From a virus, in the IMG/VR virus record IMGVR_UViG_3300031576_000004, positions 1-64,000 of that record: a DNA stretch of 64,000 nucleotides. One strand, given 5' to 3'. This document shows, piece by piece, positions 59,641 to 64,000 of this stretch. The position numbers were made by a program, and so were the translations under genes. Numbering within the stretch: position 1 is the stretch's first letter; each line of letters starts with the position of its first letter. Below the pieces are notes generated by a model, which saw nothing but the letters and a program-made list of their open reading frames with translations, was not told the origin of the DNA and did not search any database.

Positions 59641-60670
59641 GAATATTGATAAGAGAAGGCTTAAAAACGCCGCTGCGGCCCACATGTGGGCTCCAGAGCC
59701 CTGTAACACAGATGGTCGTTGGATATGGCATACCGATGGTAGTAAAAGAAATTTCATCTCTTCTCCAACAGAAGAAGATATCTACCAAACAGCCGGTAAG
59801 GTGCTTGCCATGGGGATCAGGAGAATGTCTGTTCTTGAAACGCTCATGAAGAAAGTCGAGAGAACTGATAAGTGCTGGAACTGGAAAGGTGGGTTATCAA
59901 AGCTATCTAGATATGGCGTAATAGATATTAGGGTTATGGCTCATAGATATTTCTATGAAACGCTCGTCGGCCCCATCCCGCATGGTCTCGTCTTGGATCA
60001 CAAATGCCATAACCGTGGGTGTGTTAATCCGGTCCATTTGAATCCTGAGACCATGGCTGAAAACTCTTTCAATTCAACTTCGTTCCCAGCGCTTAACAAA
60101 GGCAAAGAGCTATGCAAAAGGGGACATAGTGACTGGGACAATAAGATTGATTCACACGGAAGGCCATTTAGAAGATGCCGCACATGTTGGAATGATTATC
60201 GCAGAGAGCGCAGGAGAATAGAGAGAGCGGCTTTCAAAGGGCTTAGGACGTCGGAAGCGTTTTCAACTGGCCAGCTGTGCAAGAATGGGCACGACCTGTG
60301 GATTATCTCATCATGCGGCGAGAAATATTGTCGCACATGCAACAAAATTAACTCCCTGACAAGGGAGCTCCCAACAGGGCAGATGAGGCACCAGGTCATC
60401 GAAAACATGCTGCCTGTTTCTGGCAAAAACAAGGACCGGACAATTACGGTACAGGACTGGTCAATTCATCCAAATTACGACATCAAAGTAGGGATGACGG
60501 TTACGCCGACCAGAGGCCTGAGGAAAGGTCAGACGGCAGAGGTTCTCGCGACCAATATCGATGCAGATAAGATGATATCTGTCAGGTACGGAGACGGCAG
60601 ATGCTCAATCATGCAGCCGCGCAATGTTGTCCCAGTTAATTCAGAGAAACCGGAGGATCTCAATGTTTAG
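59633..60670 (+). CDS. HNH homing-endonuclease-like protein with C-terminal KOW/SH3-like segment
   Basis: CWNWKG...AHR..YE...LDHKCHNRGCVNPVHL; two CxxGH...CRTC repeats. Confidence 0.8.
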   Translation: MLRNIDKRRLKNAAAAHMWAPEPCNTDGRWIWHTDGSKRNFISSPTEEDIYQTAGKVLAMGIRRMSVLETLMKKVERTDKCWNWKGGLSKLSRYGVIDIRVMAHRYFYETLVGPIPHGLVLDHKCHNRGCVNPVHLNPETMAENSFNSTSFPALNKGKELCKRGHSDWDNKIDSHGRPFRRCRTCWNDYRRERRRIERAAFKGLRTSEAFSTGQLCKNGHDLWIISSCGEKYCRTCNKINSLTRELPTGQMRHQVIENMLPVSGKNKDRTITVQDWSIHPNYDIKVGMTVTPTRGLRKGQTAEVLATNIDADKMISVRYGDGRCSIMQPRNVVPVNSEKPEDLNV

Positions 60671-61145
60671 TCCCAAAGAGCTAAGCGTGAAAAGAGCAAC
60701 TGACGCTTTCGAGCTTTATAAAACAAGAGCGATTAAAATGGGCTGGGCTTTCGATTTAACCATCGAAGACTTCAAGGGCGCAGAAGGCAAAGCCTGCTCA
60801 TACTGTTTGGTTAAGGTTTCCATGTTAGGATTCGATAGAGTCAACAACGACAATGGTTACACGCAGGACAACGTTGTTGGCTGCTGCGGAATCTGTAATC
60901 AGTTCAAGGCCACTTTCTCGAAAGAAGAGTTCTTAAATCACTGCAGGCTTGTAGCCCTAATGAACCCTGGCTCGGTTGATTACAATTTAGAATCCTCCAT
61001 GCGCGGGAAGTATTCTAAAACGAAATGTGATGTATTTCTTGCAAGGCAACAAGCCCAGGCAGAAGAAGCGATTCCGAACATGCCTTCTAATAAGGCGAAG
61101 ATAGATAAGGCGAAGAAGGAGCGCGCAACCGTTGTTACGGCCTGA
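60663..61145 (+). CDS. HNH-like nuclease (paralogue 2)
   Basis: CSYC...GFDRVNNDNGY...NVVGCCGICN..K; GGAGG RBS. Confidence 0.8.
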   Translation: MFSPKELSVKRATDAFELYKTRAIKMGWAFDLTIEDFKGAEGKACSYCLVKVSMLGFDRVNNDNGYTQDNVVGCCGICNQFKATFSKEEFLNHCRLVALMNPGSVDYNLESSMRGKYSKTKCDVFLARQQAQAEEAIPNMPSNKAKIDKAKKERATVVTA

Positions 61146-61217
61146 AACGCAATACCGCTTCCAAGCAATAGGGCTTGGCAGCACAACCACGAACAAAATA
61201 TAGAAAGGAACCTAGAA

Positions 61218-61541
61218 ATGGAAATGCAACTTGAGTCGCGTATTACAGCTAGTAACGTCAAAGACCGCAGTCAGGCTGTCTGTGGCGTATTTGGCCTGGA
61301 GATGTGGGTAAAGATGGACGGAATTGAAAACGCGCTTGTCTGCACATCAGTCGGCCTGTTTAATGAGCTTTCTGGCGCACGCGAGCGTGGCGAAGCGTTG
61401 CTCTGTCTTGGATATGAAGGATTTTTGATTAAACAGGGCAAGTTCTCCAGTGTCAGGAAATCTGATCTGGCGCTAGCTGACGGCACTACTGTTGTGTACG
61501 ACTCGCTGCGCGGAATCGGATTGCAGACAGAAGCAGCCTAA
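61218..61541 (+). CDS. Hypothetical protein
   Basis: AAGGA RBS. Confidence 0.65.
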   Translation: MEMQLESRITASNVKDRSQAVCGVFGLEMWVKMDGIENALVCTSVGLFNELSGARERGEALLCLGYEGFLIKQGKFSSVRKSDLALADGTTVVYDSLRGIGLQTEAA

Positions 61542-61563
61542 CACGCGTTCATTAGTCTTTAAC

Positions 61564-61630
61564 GCCACCCAGCAATCCGGCTGGGTGGCTAGTACCTAAT
61601 TGACTACCCAGTTAATTAGGTACTGTTTTT
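61564..61630. terminator. Two adjacent hairpins between convergent genes
   Basis: GCCACCCAGC/GCTGGGTGGC and AGTACCTAATTGACT/AGTTAATTAGGTACT plus T-tract. Confidence 0.7.
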
Positions 61631-61953
61631 TAGCTATGCCCCACCATCTGCAGGAGCTTCTCTTTAATCACATCGGCGTGGCACAGCTTGGGGGCGCACC
61701 AGCATACGAGCTCCATATCCTCATTGGCGGCAATTAGAGATAGCTTGTGTATTTCGTCTGATTGTTCGCTATCTGATATTGCTAGCCTGACATCAAGCCA
61801 ATGGCGATACTTATCAAGGATAAGCTCTCGCTGAGACTCATCTCGCAATACGAATGGATTGCCTAATGGATTGCCTAATGGCGAAGGACGCCCAACGTAA
61901 CAGACGTGCTTGGTCAAATACTTAGCGTTCCGCTTGTTTATAACTGTGATCAA
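61630..61953 (-). CDS. DUF4326 family protein
   Basis: YVGRPS..GNPF...LVCWCAPKLCHADVI. Confidence 0.85.
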   Translation of the reverse strand: MITVINKRNAKYLTKHVCYVGRPSPLGNPLGNPFVLRDESQRELILDKYRHWLDVRLAISDSEQSDEIHKLSLIAANEDMELVCWCAPKLCHADVIKEKLLQMVGHS

Positions 61954-61958
61954 GGTCT

Positions 61959-62246
61959 CTAACTCTTCGCCGCCGCTTTTTTAGCTATCTCTACTAGCCG
62001 CGTCTTGCGAGCTTTACCCATGCTCCTGAGGTGCCGCTTCTTCTCAGCAAGAAGGCGCGACTCAGCCCATTCAAGAGCCACGAGCCCTGCGTTGGCTTCC
62101 GATATGAAGCCCTTGAACTGAAAGCCCATAACCAAGATCTTCTCTTCAAGAATAGTCACATGCCCATACTTCTTTATTTTAGCCAACGTTTGCTCCTGAG
62201 CCCTTCTGGCTCTGATCGAAGACCTGCTTCTGAACCTCATCCTCAA
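61959..62246 (-). CDS. Hypothetical basic protein
   Basis: ORF; start uncertain. Confidence 0.5.
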   Translation of the reverse strand: MRMRFRSRSSIRARRAQEQTLAKIKKYGHVTILEEKILVMGFQFKGFISEANAGLVALEWAESRLLAEKKRHLRSMGKARKTRLVEIAKKAAAKS

Positions 62247-63294
62247 TGCCTAGAGAGGCTGCATCAGCGTCCTCTTCGTTCTTCTTAAACGTCGGTCCCC
62301 AGCCCTGAATGTCTGTCTGCTCTATCTTAGTCACTCCGCCCATTGTGGCCCAGGTCTTTGTCTTGGCATCGTATGTCCTAGACATAAGAGCCAGCTCCTG
62401 CATATTGCCGTGCTGGCCAAGATCAGCGGTGTTCATAAAGTTATTGTGAAGGATATTAGCCTGGGTCTCAAGTTGCTCCAGCGTTGGCTTGCCTTTAAAT
62501 ATACCCATGGACGCCAGGATCCTGCCTGTGTCCCCTGCTCGCTCCAACCCTTCAATCTTGGACGCCCGCTCGTCGCTCTTCTGGATTCTCTTAATGTACT
62601 GGCGATATGCGTAATCGCTCATATTCTCAACATCAAAGAAATACTTCTGATGCAGCATTATGTGTGAAGTCTCAATGGCTATCTTGAACTTCTCAAACAC
62701 ATGTTCTGCAATAGTGTCTGGATTCATATTCTCTTTTAACAGCACTTCTACAAAGCACCTAACAGTCGGCTTCATGGCCATCGGGCTCTTCAGTATTAGG
62801 CTCGGTGTCCAGTAAACATCCTGAAACCCAAGGGCCTCGATCCAGTCCATATAGTGCTTAGAATTCTTCTCAACCAAATGCGGTATCTTCTTCGCATACA
62901 TATTGGCCAAAGACGGGTGCGCAAGCTTTAATGCCCTAGAAGATATTAGCCTGGTCTCTGTCGGCCCTTGAGCCCTAGGCACAGCCAGGCCCACACATTT
63001 ATTATCAACCCAGGCCCAAGAGTGATTCACCACGTACATAAAAGTCAGAAGCTTCTCGTGCGGAAGAATCTGGTCATCAGTAATAACCGTTTCAGAGTTC
63101 TTGAATATGTCCTGCTCGCCCTTCAGACGCTCAACCTCAGCTGAAGGGATCCAGATGTCCCTGCCAGCCTTGTCACTGCTATCTGCAGGATGAATAACAC
63201 CCTGTTTAATAAGCTGGTGAATCGTGTCAATCGAGAAGCCAAGAGCCTCCGCGGCCTGGCCTGAGCTGAGCAATGTTCTAAATGGCGCTTTCAT
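62179..63294 (-). CDS. Protein with N-terminal MerR/excisionase-like HTH
   Basis: LSSGQAAEALGFSIDTIHQLIKQGVI...IPSAEVERL. Confidence 0.7.
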   Translation of the reverse strand: MKAPFRTLLSSGQAAEALGFSIDTIHQLIKQGVIHPADSSDKAGRDIWIPSAEVERLKGEQDIFKNSETVITDDQILPHEKLLTFMYVVNHSWAWVDNKCVGLAVPRAQGPTETRLISSRALKLAHPSLANMYAKKIPHLVEKNSKHYMDWIEALGFQDVYWTPSLILKSPMAMKPTVRCFVEVLLKENMNPDTIAEHVFEKFKIAIETSHIMLHQKYFFDVENMSDYAYRQYIKRIQKSDERASKIEGLERAGDTGRILASMGIFKGKPTLEQLETQANILHNNFMNTADLGQHGNMQELALMSRTYDAKTKTWATMGGVTKIEQTDIQGWGPTFKKNEEDADAASLGIEDEVQKQVFDQSQKGSGANVG

Positions 63295-63519
63295 GGTCCA
63301 ATTCTGAAGCTATTTCCGCCGCCGCAACGTCTTGATGCTTAAGGGGTAGCCACAGGATCTCACGGAAGGATGTTGTAATTGTTCCATTTTCTACTTCAAT
63401 CTACATCCATTTCCACGACTAATCAAGCTCCTTGTTCAAGGGCCAACTATGTCGTTGCTTTGCGTATTATGCTAAATGGGCCAAAAAACGGCCTGCAGCA
63501 CGTCAGAACGATCCGGTGG

Positions 63520-63741
63520 CTAGTCCTGGGCATCTGGGTCGTGTTGTTTGGCTAGGATGTCAAGGACGGGGCGCTGCTCATCGGCTAGGAAGACTTCCTT
63601 GGCCAGATCTGGGAGATCCATCCCAGTCTTCTCCAAGCAGCAGGTGCACACGGCATTAAAGTACCCCAGCCAGAAGATAGACTCCTGACTTACACCCCTA
63701 CTTCCACAAACCGAGCATCCAGTGCTGCCTGGTTCGGTCAA
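63520..63741 (-). CDS. Small zinc-finger protein
   Basis: CSVCG...CTCC; GAGGAG RBS. Confidence 0.55.
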   Translation of the reverse strand: MTEPGSTGCSVCGSRGVSQESIFWLGYFNAVCTCCLEKTGMDLPDLAKEVFLADEQRPVLDILAKQHDPDAQD

Positions 63742-63807
63742 TGTACGCCCTCCTCACTGCTTCATGTTATAGCACTTATAGGCGTGGATGGCAATAGGGC
63801 GTTTTCC

Positions 63808-63818
63808 GGTATAAGAGT
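63808..63818 (+). promoter_or_regulatory. Phage promoter-like motif at strand switch
   Basis: GGTATAAGAGT then ATG at 63819. Confidence 0.55.
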
Positions 63819-64000
63819 ATGTGAAGGCATTTGTGCTTCGGTTCTTATTTGAGAGGGGAGAATTGGCGGTGTCCTGTGGCTCATTACGAAGAAGGCGCTC
63901 GGAAGGAGTTGATCAGCCTTATCAGGGTATTGGTAGAGAAAGAGCTCTACCCAACAAAAGAGCAGGTGGATAAGGCGATCGACATTGCGTTGGACAGGAT

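Noticed and set aside
61853-61881. 12-bp tandem duplication in the DUF4326 gene (PLGNPLGNPF)
   Set aside because: Real but small and in frame; no sign of special function.
1-64000. Stop-codon reassignment, DGR or retron
   Set aside because: Genes are intact and densely coupled with TAA, TAG and TGA all used as stops; no reverse transcriptase motif or TR/VR pair noticed.

Overview
A 64-kb slice of a large tailed (myovirus-like) bacteriophage genome using the standard code, with no host housekeeping loci. Three blocks: (1) a + strand DNA-metabolism/early block at 1-12.4 kb (SSB, HAD, degenerate RNase H, HNH, RusA, MazG-like) containing a hairpin-rich non-coding region at 8.3-9.9 kb, a candidate origin; (2) a - strand virion operon at 12.5-37.5 kb (tail tube, sheath, neck proteins, short HK97/encapsulin-like major capsid protein, prohead protease, GpA-like terminase) with about 20 Gly/Ala/Lys-rich proteins sharing K-x-A and (G/A)F-x-D-E-L-x-K motifs, probably protease-processed head cargo; (3) a + strand accessory block at 37.5-61.5 kb of small ORFs (YkgJ-like, DUF3310, DEDDh exonuclease, Pth2, SLOG, DHH, alpha-CTD-like, HNHs). 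The most striking element is a 1.4-kb non-coding array at about 39997-41411: 35 AGCAGC-type anchors spaced only at 5n+3 or 5n+4 nt, separated by unique spacers built from phased NN-(G/C)AY pentamers, starting just after a copy of the phage TATAAG promoter motif. It is neither CRISPR nor a simple satellite and looks like a multi-unit, non-contiguous (dinucleotide-coded) guide-RNA array; no effector gene is recognisable in this window. All protein calls come from motif recognition by eye and all counts are hand counts.
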